Shown: positions 18,810-28,902 of the stretch, one piece after another
How positions within the stretch are numbered: the first letter of the stretch is position 1
How the letters are laid out: each line of letters begins with the position of its first letter
NCBI GenBank assembly: GCA_016872415.1
Contig: VGZX01000004.1
Coordinates: 3,879-67,878, forward strand
Direction: 5' to 3'
Source: SAR202 cluster bacterium
Lineage (GTDB): Bacteria > Chloroflexota > Dehalococcoidia > Lucifugimonadales > Australimonadaceae
DNA: 64,000 nt
Notes under the pieces: generated by a model
The model's database searches: none
The model's input: the letters and a program-made list of their open reading frames with translations, nothing else
What the model was told of the DNA's origin: nothing
Position numbers and translations under genes: made by a program

Positions 18810-19820
18810 ATGCGAGTGGCGCTGTTCAGCAGCCAGCGATACGACCGGGACTCCTTCTCATTCGTCAACGACGCGTTCGGGCACGACCTCGTCTTTCTGG
18901 AGCCGCGCTTGTCTCAGGAGTCGGTCGCATTGGCCCGGGGCTTCCCGGGTGTTTGTGTCTTCGTCAACGACCAAGTCGACGCGCCGGTGCTGCGCGCCCT
19001 GCACGACGACGGCACGCGCCTAGTACTGCTGCGGAGCGCCGGCTTCAACCAAATCGACATCGAGGAGGCGGCGCGCCTCGGCATCGCCGTCGCTCGCGTG
19101 CCGGAATACTCGCCCCACGCCGTCACCGAGCACACGATCGGACTGATCCTGTCGCTCGACCGCAAGATACACCGGGCCTTCAACCGGGGGCGCGAGGGAA
19201 ACTTCTCACTGGACGGCCTGCTCGGGTTCGACCTCCACGGCAAGACGGTGGGCATCGTGGGCACCGGGCGCATCGGCAAGGTCGTCGTCCGCATCCTGCG
19301 CGGCTTCGGCTGCCGACTGTTGCTCCACGACCCATTCCCCGACCGCGCGCTGGAGGGCGACGACGCGAGGTACGTGGCGATGGAGGACCTGCTGGAGGAG
19401 TCCGACGTCGTCACGCTGCATTGCCCGCTGACGCCGCAGACGCGGCACCTCATTGACGTCGTCGCGCTTCGCCGCATGAAGCCGGGCGTCATGCTGATCA
19501 ACACGAGCCGGGGCCCGCTGCTCGACACGCGGGCGGTGATCGAGGCGCTCAAGACCCGGCACATCGGCTCGCTGGGGCTCGACGTCTACGAGGAGGAGGG
19601 CGATCTCTTCTTCCGCGACCTGTCGGACCAGGTCATCACCGACGATGTGTTCACTCGGTTGTTGACGTTCCCGAACGTGCTCGTCACCAGCCATCAGGCT
19701 TTCTTCACGCGCGAAGCGCTGCACAACATCGCCACGACGACGCTTGGCAACGCGGCGGCGTTCGAGCGAAACGAGCCCTCGGGGAACGAAGTGCTGCCGG
19801 CGGCCGTCCGGCGCGGCTAG
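18810..19820 (+). CDS. ldhA: D-lactate / 2-hydroxyacid dehydrogenase
   Basis: RSAGFN, YSPHAVTEH, GTGRIG, INTSRG, LDVYEEE, SHQAFFT. Confidence 0.9.
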   Translation: MRVALFSSQRYDRDSFSFVNDAFGHDLVFLEPRLSQESVALARGFPGVCVFVNDQVDAPVLRALHDDGTRLVLLRSAGFNQIDIEEAARLGIAVARVPEYSPHAVTEHTIGLILSLDRKIHRAFNRGREGNFSLDGLLGFDLHGKTVGIVGTGRIGKVVVRILRGFGCRLLLHDPFPDRALEGDDARYVAMEDLLEESDVVTLHCPLTPQTRHLIDVVALRRMKPGVMLINTSRGPLLDTRAVIEALKTRHIGSLGLDVYEEEGDLFFRDLSDQVITDDVFTRLLTFPNVLVTSHQAFFTREALHNIATTTLGNAAAFERNEPSGNEVLPAAVRRG

Positions 19821-21343
19821 AGGGTCTGCAGCAGCGCGGTCGCGGCGGCCCTCGCGGCGTCCAACAAGCCAGTGGGCCAGAGGCCGAACAGCAGCACGGC
19901 GATGCTCGTGAACGCGAGGGCGACGGTGGCCGGGGCGTTGGCGCTCACGGGGCGCGCGTCGCCGTCGGCCGGCTGCAGGTACATCACGCGCACGATGTTC
20001 AGGTAGTAGTAGGCGGAGACGACGCTGTTGATGACGCCGATCACCGCCAGCCATGTATAGCCCGTGTTGATCGCCGCGTTGAACACGAACAGCTTGCCCA
20101 TGAACCCGACTGTCGGCGGGATGCCGGTGAGCGACACCAACGCGAACGCGAGCATGCCGGCGAGCAGCGGCGACCGCTGGCCGAGCCCGGCGAGCCCGCG
20201 CACGGTTTCGTTGCCGGTGCGGTTGGTGATGGCGATGACGGCGAAGAACGCCGCGAGGTTCATGGCCGCGTAGCCGCCGAGATAGAAGAGGACGCTGACG
20301 ATGCCGAGCGAGCCGTCGCCGGCATCGCCGGCGCGCGCCGCGATGGCCGCCACGCCCACCAGCATGTAGCCCGCGTGGGCGATCGTGCTGTAGCCCAGCA
20401 GGCGCTTCACGTTGCTCTGCGCGATGGCGACCAAATTGCCCACGCTCATCGTGACCGCCGCGAGCGCGGCGAACACCAGTGACCAGTCGGCGCTCACATC
20501 GCCCAAGGCGGAATAGAACACGCGCAGCACGACGGCGAACGCCGCCGACTTGCTTGCCACGGCGAGGAAGGCGCTCACCGGCGTGGGGGCCCCCTCGTAG
20601 ACGTCGGGTGTCCACATCTGGAACGGCACCATGGAAAGCTTGAAGCCGAAGCCCGCCAGCACGAGCACGACGCCCGCCAGCACGGCCACGTTGCCGAATG
20701 GAAGGCCCGCGTGGGTGACCGTCAGCATCTGGGCGATGCTGGGCTCGGCGGCGGACGGCGACACGATGCGCATGGTGCCGGTGGCCGCGTAGAGGAGCGC
20801 GAAGCCGTAGAGCAGCACCGCCGACGAGACGCCGGACAGCACGAGGTACTTCAGGCCCGCCTCGGTCGACCGGGCCTGCATCTTGAGGAATGCCGCTAGC
20901 GCCACGATGGGCAGCGACGCCAGCTCGAGCGCGACGTAAACGGTGATCAGGTCGCCGGCCGCCGGCAACAGCATGAGGCCCGTCGCCGAGAAGAACACGA
21001 GGCCGGTGAACTCCGCCTGGTATCGCCGGAACCGACCGGTGTATTCGTTGGAGGCCAGCAGCACGAGCACGAGGATGCCCAGCAGCAAGAGCTTGAAGAA
21101 GATGGCGAATTGGTCGATCACGAGCGAGCCATTGAAGCCGGTTTCGCGAGCGAAGACCAAACCGTCGACGCGCACCCACAGCGATACTGCGAATGCGATT
21201 GGCACCAGCAGCCCGACCACGGCGACGCCCAGCACCACCGTCTTATTCTTGAGGGCGAGGTCGAGCAGCACGACGGCTAGCGCCAGCCCGGCCAGTGCCA
21301 GTTCCGGCGATATCAGGTAGATGTCGGTCGATGTGAGCCCCAT
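19817..21343 (-). CDS. nuoN: Complex I subunit N
   Basis: EAGLKY, FKLSMVPFQMWTPDVYEGAP, KRLLGYSTIAH. Confidence 0.95.
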   Translation of the reverse strand: MGLTSTDIYLISPELALAGLALAVVLLDLALKNKTVVLGVAVVGLLVPIAFAVSLWVRVDGLVFARETGFNGSLVIDQFAIFFKLLLLGILVLVLLASNEYTGRFRRYQAEFTGLVFFSATGLMLLPAAGDLITVYVALELASLPIVALAAFLKMQARSTEAGLKYLVLSGVSSAVLLYGFALLYAATGTMRIVSPSAAEPSIAQMLTVTHAGLPFGNVAVLAGVVLVLAGFGFKLSMVPFQMWTPDVYEGAPTPVSAFLAVASKSAAFAVVLRVFYSALGDVSADWSLVFAALAAVTMSVGNLVAIAQSNVKRLLGYSTIAHAGYMLVGVAAIAARAGDAGDGSLGIVSVLFYLGGYAAMNLAAFFAVIAITNRTGNETVRGLAGLGQRSPLLAGMLAFALVSLTGIPPTVGFMGKLFVFNAAINTGYTWLAVIGVINSVVSAYYYLNIVRVMYLQPADGDARPVSANAPATVALAFTSIAVLLFGLWPTGLLDAARAAATALLQTL

Positions 21344-21349
21344 GTTCCT

Positions 21350-22828
21350 CTACCCGAACCGCGAGATGATGGGCACGAGGCCGACGCTGAACACGTCCGT
21401 GAGAAGCCGGGGGTAGAGGCCAACGGCCAAGATCGGCACGATCAGCACCGCCATGGCGGCCACGTCGACAGCGCTGGCATCGCGCAGGTGGTCCCACCGC
21501 GCCGGCCGCGGGCCGAACAGTGTCCGTTGCGCCGCCCATAGGATGTAGCCGGCGGCCAAGACGACGCCGAACGCCGCCGCGCCGGTGATCCAGCCGAACA
21601 CCGGGAACGTGCCCAGGAAGACAAGTATCTCCGCGATGAACCCGCTGGTCGACGGCAGGCCCAGCGACGCGAGGCCCGCCAGCATGAAGCCGATGCCGAT
21701 GAGCGGCACCCGGCCCATGAGCCCGCCCATGTCGGGGATGTGCCGTGTGTGCGCCCGCTCGTAGATGAGACCCACGGCGACGAACAGCAGGCCGGTGATG
21801 GTGCCATGGGTGAACAGCTGGAGCGCCGCGCCCTGGAGGCCGACGGGCGTGAGGGCGGCGCCCGATGCGCCGAGCGAGGCTAGGCCCAGGCCGACGTAGC
21901 CCATGTGGCTGACGCTGCTGTAGGCGACCATGCGCTTGAGGTCGCTCTGCCGCATGACGATGAAGGCCCCGTAGAGCACGCCGATGACCGCCAGCACCGC
22001 GATGGGCAGCGCGAAGCGCGCCATCTCATTGGGGAACAGCCCGGCGTTGATGCGGATGAGGCCGTAGCCGCCCATCTTCAGCAGCACGCCGGCCAGCATC
22101 ACGCTCACGGCCGTCGGCGCGTCGGTGTGGGCGTCGGGTAGCCAAGTGTGGACGGGGAACAGCGGCAGCTTCACCGCGAACGCGACAAGGAACCCGCCGA
22201 AGACGAGCGCCGTCGGGATGAGCAGCGCCGACAGGTCGCGGCTCGCGAGCGCCGTGATGTCGAACGTCCGCTCGCCCGCCGGGAACGAGAAGTAGAGCAC
22301 GATGATGGCGGCGAACATGAATGCCGAGCCGAACAGCGTGTAGAGCAGGAACTTCATCGCCGAGTATTCGCGGCGTCCGGTGCCCCATATCGAGATGAGC
22401 AGGAACATGGGGATGAGCTCGAGCTCCCAGAAGACGAAGAACAGGATCAAGTCCAGGGAAACGAACACGCCAAACACGGCGGATTGGAGCACGAGCAGCC
22501 ATGCGAAGTATTCGCGGGCCCGGTGCGTGATGCGCCAGGAGACGAGCACGGCGGCGACGCCGAGAATGCCGTTGAGCAGCACCAGCGGGGCGTTCAAGCC
22601 GTCGACGCCGAGGTGATAATTGATGTCGAAGGCGGGGATCCAGGGCGCGCGCTCGACGAACTGGAAGCCGGCCGCTTGACGGTCGAACGACGCGAAGAGG
22701 ATTCCGGTGAGCGCCAGCTCCGCGATGACGGCGATGACGGCGATCGCTCGGGCGACACGCGCGTCGCGGCCGGCGATCAGCACCAGGATGGCGGCGGCGA
22801 TGGGCAGGAAAACGATGGTCGTGAGCAT
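21350..22828 (-). CDS. nuoM: Complex I subunit M
   Basis: FWELELIP, PVHTWLPDAHTDAP, LLKMGGYG, AYSSVSHMG. Confidence 0.95.
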   Translation of the reverse strand: MLTTIVFLPIAAAILVLIAGRDARVARAIAVIAVIAELALTGILFASFDRQAAGFQFVERAPWIPAFDINYHLGVDGLNAPLVLLNGILGVAAVLVSWRITHRAREYFAWLLVLQSAVFGVFVSLDLILFFVFWELELIPMFLLISIWGTGRREYSAMKFLLYTLFGSAFMFAAIIVLYFSFPAGERTFDITALASRDLSALLIPTALVFGGFLVAFAVKLPLFPVHTWLPDAHTDAPTAVSVMLAGVLLKMGGYGLIRINAGLFPNEMARFALPIAVLAVIGVLYGAFIVMRQSDLKRMVAYSSVSHMGYVGLGLASLGASGAALTPVGLQGAALQLFTHGTITGLLFVAVGLIYERAHTRHIPDMGGLMGRVPLIGIGFMLAGLASLGLPSTSGFIAEILVFLGTFPVFGWITGAAAFGVVLAAGYILWAAQRTLFGPRPARWDHLRDASAVDVAAMAVLIVPILAVGLYPRLLTDVFSVGLVPIISRFG

Positions 22829-22833
22829 GTGCC

Positions 22834-24921
22834 CTACCCTCCGCCCTGCGTGAGCAGCACGAGCAGTATGACGACGACGCCGAGCGCGATGCCGACGCCG
22901 TAGAGCTGCACTTGGCCGGTCTGCACCTGAGCCATGGCCCGTCCGGTGTTCCGCCCCAGCCAGCCGGCGAGGTCGACCGTGCCATCGACGATGTGCCGGT
23001 CGATCCAGTCGGCCGCCTGGAAGACCCCGCGATACAGGACGCGCCGCACGATGAGGCCCTCGTAGAGCTCATCCATGTAGTAACGACGGCTGAGGAGCAC
23101 GTGGAACGGTTTCAGGGTTAGCGCCATGCCCTCCGCCGATATGGCGTTGGTCCGGTACATCAGAGTGGCGAGGCCGATGCCGCCAAGGGCGACGAGCGTG
23201 GAAACGATGGCGATGGGCCAATTGAAGTGTGGCGCTTCTTCCTCCAGGAAGTGCGCGAACCAGTGCGCCGGCACGATGCCGAGGTCGAATGGCGCGTTGG
23301 CGACGATGCCCGAGAGCACCGCGGCCCCCGCCAGCACGACCATGGGCGTCGTCATCACCCTTGGCGACTCGTGTCGATGGACGGCGTGGTGCGCCTCGTC
23401 AGGAATGCGCTCCGCCATCGGCACGGCATCGATGCCGCCCCGGAACTCGCCGTGGAAGGTCAGGTAGATCATGCGGAATGAGTAGAACGCCGTCATGAAT
23501 GCCGCGCCGATGCCGAAGAGGAACACCAGCCTGCCGACGGTGTCGCCCTCCCACGCCGCGACCAGTATTTCGTCCTTGCTCCAGAAGCCGGCCAGGGGGA
23601 ATATGCCCGCGAGGCTGATGGCCCCGATGAGCACGGTGACGTACGTTACCGGCATCCACCGCTTCAGGCCGCCCATCTTCCGCATATCGAACGTGTGCAC
23701 CGAGTGGTGCACCGAGCCGGAGCCGAGGAAGAGCAGGCACTTGAAGAAGGCATGGTTGAACAGGTGGAACATCGCAATGACAGGCGCACCGACGCCCACG
23801 GCCAGCATCATGTAGCCGAGCTGGCTGACGGTGGAAAAGGCGAGCACGCGCTTGATGTCGTGCACGACGAGTCCCATCGAAGTGGCGAAGAGCGCTGTGA
23901 ACCCGCCCGTGAGCGCGATGAGGTTAAGCGCCGTGGCGCTCTCCTCGAACAGCGGGAACATGCGCGCCATGAGGAACACGCCGGCGGCAACCATCGTCGC
24001 CGCGTGGATCAGCGAACTCACGGGCGTGGGGCCTTCCATCGCGTCGGGCAACCACGTGTGGAGCGGGAACTGGGCGGACTTGCCGACGGCGCCCGCGAAT
24101 AGCCCAAGGGCGATCCACGTCACCACGCCCGGGCCCAGCAGCGGCGCCGCCTGATGGAGATCGCGGATGTCGAACGGGTTGAGGCCGGCCGCCATCAGCT
24201 CGGCGCGGTGCGAGAAGATGTAGAGCAGCGCCAGCAGGAATCCGAAATCGCCGATGCGGGTGACGATGAACGCCTTCTTCGCCGCCGCGGCCGCGCTGGG
24301 CCGCCAGTGATAGAAGCCGATGAGAAGGTAGGACGAGAGGCCGACCAACTCCCAGAAGATGAAGAGCTGTATTAGGTTGCTGGAGAGCACGAGCCCGAGC
24401 ATGGACGCGGTGAACAGGCCCATGTAGGCGAAGTAGCGCGGATAGTCGGCATATGGGTGCTCGCGCGAGACGCCATCGCCAACGGGCGCGTCGCCGCCGT
24501 GGCCGTGGGCGTCGTGGGCGTGGGCGGCGCCGGCATGGACCGCGCGCTCCTCGGCCGCATGGCCGCCGTGCGCCGGCTCGCGCCGCATGTAGCCCAGCGA
24601 GTAGACCTGCACCAGCAGGCTGATGCTGGACACCACGATCAACATGATCGCCGTGAGCGGGTCGAGGAAGATGCCGATGGTCATGTCGAAAGGGCCGACG
24701 GCGAACCACAGGTGCGGCTCGTAGCCGGCCGTGCCGTGGGCGTCCTGCACCGCCATGAGCGCCAGCACGCTGAGCACGAGCGTGACGGCTAGCGCGGTGA
24801 CAGTGACGTACCCGGCCAAGCGCGCGGCCGGCGCGCCGAGTGGCCGCACGATGAACGCGTTGATGGCGAACGCCGCCAACGGCAGCGCGATGATGGCCCA
24901 GGCCGCCCATTCGCTGAACAT
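22834..24921 (-). CDS. nuoL: Complex I subunit L
   Basis: GKSAQFPLHTWLPDAMEGPTPVS, STVSQLG, HAFFK, QTGQVQLY. Confidence 0.95.
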   Translation of the reverse strand: MFSEWAAWAIIALPLAAFAINAFIVRPLGAPAARLAGYVTVTALAVTLVLSVLALMAVQDAHGTAGYEPHLWFAVGPFDMTIGIFLDPLTAIMLIVVSSISLLVQVYSLGYMRREPAHGGHAAEERAVHAGAAHAHDAHGHGGDAPVGDGVSREHPYADYPRYFAYMGLFTASMLGLVLSSNLIQLFIFWELVGLSSYLLIGFYHWRPSAAAAAKKAFIVTRIGDFGFLLALLYIFSHRAELMAAGLNPFDIRDLHQAAPLLGPGVVTWIALGLFAGAVGKSAQFPLHTWLPDAMEGPTPVSSLIHAATMVAAGVFLMARMFPLFEESATALNLIALTGGFTALFATSMGLVVHDIKRVLAFSTVSQLGYMMLAVGVGAPVIAMFHLFNHAFFKCLLFLGSGSVHHSVHTFDMRKMGGLKRWMPVTYVTVLIGAISLAGIFPLAGFWSKDEILVAAWEGDTVGRLVFLFGIGAAFMTAFYSFRMIYLTFHGEFRGGIDAVPMAERIPDEAHHAVHRHESPRVMTTPMVVLAGAAVLSGIVANAPFDLGIVPAHWFAHFLEEEAPHFNWPIAIVSTLVALGGIGLATLMYRTNAISAEGMALTLKPFHVLLSRRYYMDELYEGLIVRRVLYRGVFQAADWIDRHIVDGTVDLAGWLGRNTGRAMAQVQTGQVQLYGVGIALGVVVILLVLLTQGGG

Positions 24922-24923
24922 GC

Positions 24924-25118
24924 CTACAGTTTCCTCAATATCTCGTCGGCCACGTGCTCGCGTCCCCGGGGCACCATGACGCGGAATGGCACCGACTCGC
25001 CGTAGTCGAGGATGTCGCCCTCCGGCAGCAGGCGCACGGGCAGTCCCTCGCCTTCGAGGACCTCTTTCCACATCTCGGCGGCCATCAGGTTCGGCACCCG
25101 CTTGTATTCAACCCACAT
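24924..25118 (-). CDS. Small DUF2007-like protein inside the nuo operon
   Basis: W..(N)LMAAEMWKEVLEGEGLP...RVMVP...ADEIL pattern; fills the nuoK-nuoL gap exactly. Confidence 0.7.
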   Translation of the reverse strand: MWVEYKRVPNLMAAEMWKEVLEGEGLPVRLLPEGDILDYGESVPFRVMVPRGREHVADEILRKL

Positions 25119-25127
25119 ACGCTTGGC

Positions 25128-25472
25128 CTATCGCCGCAACAAATTGACTTGCGTGATGTCGACGGTGTCTCGCTGGCGCACCAGCGTGATGAGCAACGCG
25201 AGGCCGAGGGCGACCTCGGCCGCCGCGACGACGATGACGAACGCGGCGAGCGTTTGGCCGGTCAGCACGGAGGCGGCGTTTGCCTCGGTCGGCCCGGCGG
25301 CGCGCACGGCGGCCGGCGTCACGTAGCGCGAGATGGCCACCAGCGCGATGTTGACTGCGTTGAACATCAGCTCGATCGACATGAGCATCGCGATGATGTT
25401 GCGCCGCGAGAGCACACCGTACATGCCGATGCAGAAAACGATGGCGGATAGGATGAGGAGGCGCTCCAGCAT
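25128..25472 (-). CDS. nuoK: Complex I subunit K
   Basis: RRNII, SIELMFNAVN, VAAAEVALGLA. Confidence 0.95.
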   Translation of the reverse strand: MLERLLILSAIVFCIGMYGVLSRRNIIAMLMSIELMFNAVNIALVAISRYVTPAAVRAAGPTEANAASVLTGQTLAAFVIVVAAAEVALGLALLITLVRQRDTVDITQVNLLRR

Positions 25473-25475
25473 CGG

Positions 25476-25997
25476 CTACCGCTCCCGCACCAGCGCCAGC
25501 GCCCCAATGACCGCGGCGAACAGCAGCACGCCCGCGATCTCGAACGCTAGCACGTATTCGTTCAGCAGCATGGTGCCCAACCGAGCGGGGGTATCAACGA
25601 AGACGGCCGCCAAGGGCGCCGGAACGTCCTCCGGAAGCAGGTCCCATTCGGCTTGCATGATGGAGTAGATGAGCGCGCCGAGCAGCACGGCAGCCATGGT
25701 GAAGGCGGCCGGCGCGATGGGCGACGAGCGGTTGGCCTCCGGAACGTCGCGGGTGAGCATCACCGCGAAGACGACGAGGATGGCGATGGCGCCCGCGTAG
25801 ATCGCCACCTGCACCACCGCGAGGAACTCCGCGTTGAGTAGCACGAAGATGCCCGCGACGCTCATTAGGCTGGCGATGAGCAACAGTGCCGCGCGGAACA
25901 TGTCGCGCACGACCACAACGAGCACGGCGCAGCCCACGGTCACCGCCGCGAGCAGCCAGAACAGGAACTCTTGGAAGGCGTTATCCACGGGTTGCAT
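25476..25997 (-). CDS. nuoJ: Complex I subunit J
   Basis: AEFLAVVQVAIYAGAI, YVLAFEIAGVLL. Confidence 0.93.
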   Translation of the reverse strand: MQPVDNAFQEFLFWLLAAVTVGCAVLVVVVRDMFRAALLLIASLMSVAGIFVLLNAEFLAVVQVAIYAGAIAILVVFAVMLTRDVPEANRSSPIAPAAFTMAAVLLGALIYSIMQAEWDLLPEDVPAPLAAVFVDTPARLGTMLLNEYVLAFEIAGVLLFAAVIGALALVRER

Positions 25998-26011
25998 GCG
26001 GCGCGAAACGG

Positions 26012-26593
26012 CTATTTGTATTCGCCGTCGGCCGTCGCCTCCTTGCGCGCGCTTTCGGGCAGCATTGCCGGACGCTTGGGGTGCCAATAATAGGGCTCCC
26101 GCGCCACGGTCTGCATGTCGGCCTCTTGCTTGTATGGATCGAAGTCTTGGCGCTCCAACTGCGGGCGATACCAGGTGCTCGGGTGCTTCGCACGCTTCCG
26201 TAGCACGTCGACCGTGATGACGAGGTCCTGGCGGCGCAGCTGCGCGCCCTCGAAGTTCGTGCCCATGTGCAGGGCGTCATAGGGGCACGCTTCGACGCAT
26301 AGGCCGCAATACATGCAGCGCGCCTGGTCGATGTCGAACACGTCGATGTTGAAGTCCGCGCCGTCCTGCTTGTGGCGGTCGCTGGGGCTGGTCACGATGC
26401 GGATGATGCCCAACGGGCAATACTTCGCGCAGCTGGCGCAACCCGTGCAGCGGTCCTCGAACCACGAGAACTCCTGCCCGCGGAAGCGCGAGCTTTGCCG
26501 CACCTTCTCCTCCGGATACTGGACGGTCACCGGCTTCCGGAACAGGTTCCGAATGGTGACGCCGAAGCCCTTCATCATGCCGGAGCCGTACAT
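26012..26593 (-). CDS. nuoI: Complex I subunit I
   Basis: TVQYPE and two CxxCxxCxxxCP motifs. Confidence 0.95.
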   Translation of the reverse strand: MYGSGMMKGFGVTIRNLFRKPVTVQYPEEKVRQSSRFRGQEFSWFEDRCTGCASCAKYCPLGIIRIVTSPSDRHKQDGADFNIDVFDIDQARCMYCGLCVEACPYDALHMGTNFEGAQLRRQDLVITVDVLRKRAKHPSTWYRPQLERQDFDPYKQEADMQTVAREPYYWHPKRPAMLPESARKEATADGEYK

Positions 26594-27775
26594 CTATCCC
26601 ACTTCCAGTCGAACGGCGCGCGCCGACGGCGAAACCCGCAGCCCATTGCTCGCCCGCCATGCCCGGGTGACGGCCACCGTGGCCACCGCCGTGATGCCCC
26701 AGTTGATGATGCCCATGATGACCAGTTGCGGCAACGTCCGCTCGGGCCAGGCCACGACCTCGATCGCGATCGCGGCGACGTTCACAAGGCTCAACGGGAA
26801 CAGCACCTTCCAGGCAATCACCATGATCTGGTCGATGCGGAAGCGCGGGATCGTGCTACGCACCCAGATCGCGATGAAGGCGAAGGCCATGACCTTGACG
26901 AGGAACCACACATGCGACAGCGGAGTCCACCAGGGCCATCCGCCCAGGAACAGCGTCGAGAAGATGGCGCCGGCAAGCAGCACGTTCGCGAACTCGGCGA
27001 GGTAGAACACGCCGAACTTCATGCCGCTGTATTCCGTGAGATAGCCCGCTATCAACTCCGACTCGGCCTCCGTGATGTCGAACGGCGAGCGGTTGAGCTC
27101 GGCTGAGATGGCGAGGAAGAAGATGATGGCGCCGAGCGGCGTCACGAGAAGAAATGGGATCGCCTGGCTGGTCATCACGTCGACGAGCGACATCGAGCCG
27201 GCGAGCAGCGCGACGGCGAGCAGCACCATCACGAGCGGAATCTCGTAGGAGATGAGCATGGCGACCGCCCGCATGGCGCCGAACATCGCGTAGCGGTTCG
27301 ATGACGCGTAGCCGGCCATCATCACCGCCAGCGATGCGATGCCGCTGGTCGCGATCAGGTACAGCAGGCCGATGTTCAAGTTGGCGAGGTAGCTGGTTTG
27401 GCCGAACGGGATCACCGCCAGCGCCATGACCGACGGCGCCAGCATGGCGATGGGGGCCAAGTTGAACACGATGCGGTCCGCGGCGCGCGGAACGATGTCT
27501 TCCTTGAACAGCAGCTTCACCGCGTCGGCGATAGCCTGCAGCAGGCCGAAGGGCCCAACGCGGTTCGGCCCGACGCGCGATTGGAAGCGGCCGATGATAC
27601 GGCGCTCCGCCCATGTGTAAAGCGTGCCCATCGCGAGAAAGGCGTTGACGACGAGCAAGATGATCGCCATTACCGCGACGGTGTACGCCAGCCATGCCAG
27701 ATCTTCGCCGACGATGCCGATGGCCCAGTCGTAGATATTGCCGTAGAGCGTGTTTTCGCGTAGCAGGTCGCCCAC
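26594..27775 (-). CDS. nuoH: Complex I subunit H
   Basis: GPNRVGPFGLLQAIADAVKL, ISYEIP, PFDITEAESEL, PRFRIDQ. Confidence 0.96.
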   Translation of the reverse strand: MGDLLRENTLYGNIYDWAIGIVGEDLAWLAYTVAVMAIILLVVNAFLAMGTLYTWAERRIIGRFQSRVGPNRVGPFGLLQAIADAVKLLFKEDIVPRAADRIVFNLAPIAMLAPSVMALAVIPFGQTSYLANLNIGLLYLIATSGIASLAVMMAGYASSNRYAMFGAMRAVAMLISYEIPLVMVLLAVALLAGSMSLVDVMTSQAIPFLLVTPLGAIIFFLAISAELNRSPFDITEAESELIAGYLTEYSGMKFGVFYLAEFANVLLAGAIFSTLFLGGWPWWTPLSHVWFLVKVMAFAFIAIWVRSTIPRFRIDQIMVIAWKVLFPLSLVNVAAIAIEVVAWPERTLPQLVIMGIINWGITAVATVAVTRAWRASNGLRVSPSARAVRLEVG

Positions 27776-28878
27776 TAGCGGTCCACCTCGCCCATGTTGA
27801 AGTCCAGGCTGCCGAGCGACACGATCGCGTCGGACATTTTCCAGCCCACCATCATCTCCCGCAGCAGGCTCAGGTTGATGAAAGAGGGCGCGCGGATGTG
27901 GCAGCGGTATGGCTTGATGCTGCCGTCGCTCACCAAGTAGAAGCCGAGCTCGCCCTTCGGCGCCTCGACCGGTACGTATGCCTCACCCGGCGGCGGTTTG
28001 AACAGCATCGCGGTGGTGGCGCGGACCGGCCCCGGCTCGATCTGCTTCACGCACTGCTCGACGATGCGGATGGACTCGCGGATCTCGCGGATGCGGACGA
28101 GGTAGCGATCGTAGTTGTCGCCGTTCTCGCCCACGACCACGTCGAATGCGACCTTGTCGTACGCATCATAGGGGGCCGCCTTGCGGAGGTCCCAATCGAC
28201 GCCCGTGCTACGCAACACCGGGCCCGTCCACGAGCCGTTGATCGCCTGCTCCGGCGTGACGGGGCTGACGCCCTTGGTGCGCGCGAGCACGATCTCGTTC
28301 GTGGTGATCAGCCCCTCAAGTTCGTCGATGTAGCGCGGCAGCTCATCGAGCAGCTTGCGGAGCGCGGGCCAGAACTCGTCGGGCGCATCCTGAAAGACAC
28401 CGCCGATCCGCATGTAGGAGACGGTGATGCGCGCGCCGCACAGCATCTCGAACAGGTCGAGGATGCGCTCGCGCTCGCGCATGCAATACATCAGCGGCGT
28501 CGCGAACGCCCCCAGGTCTTGCAAGAAGAACCCGGTGCCGATGAGGTGGCTCACGATGCGCTGCAGCTCCGCCGCGATGACGCGGAGGTACTTCCCGCGC
28601 TCCGGCGCCTCGAGGCCGACGAGCCGCTCGCACGAGAGAACGTAGGCTTCGTTGTTCGTCATCGACGCCACGTAATCGAGGCGGTCGGTGAGCGTGATCA
28701 CTTGCGTGTAGTGGCGCTCCTCCGCCAGCTTCTCGGTGCCCCGGTGCAGGTAGCCCACCACGGGCTCGACGTCGACGATATTTTCGCCGTCGAACGTCAG
28801 CCGCATGCGGAACACGCCGTGGGTGCTCGGGTGATGCGGGCCGATGTTGACGACGACGGGTTGTGTGTGGAGTGTCAC
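27775..28878 (-). CDS. nuoD: Complex I subunit D
   Basis: GPHHPSTHGVFR, GYLHRG, EAPKGELG, GEVDR. Confidence 0.96.
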   Translation of the reverse strand: MTLHTQPVVVNIGPHHPSTHGVFRMRLTFDGENIVDVEPVVGYLHRGTEKLAEERHYTQVITLTDRLDYVASMTNNEAYVLSCERLVGLEAPERGKYLRVIAAELQRIVSHLIGTGFFLQDLGAFATPLMYCMRERERILDLFEMLCGARITVSYMRIGGVFQDAPDEFWPALRKLLDELPRYIDELEGLITTNEIVLARTKGVSPVTPEQAINGSWTGPVLRSTGVDWDLRKAAPYDAYDKVAFDVVVGENGDNYDRYLVRIREIRESIRIVEQCVKQIEPGPVRATTAMLFKPPPGEAYVPVEAPKGELGFYLVSDGSIKPYRCHIRAPSFINLSLLREMMVGWKMSDAIVSLGSLDFNMGEVDR

Positions 28879-28902
28879 GCTCGCAATCCTCTCGTCACTT
28901 GC

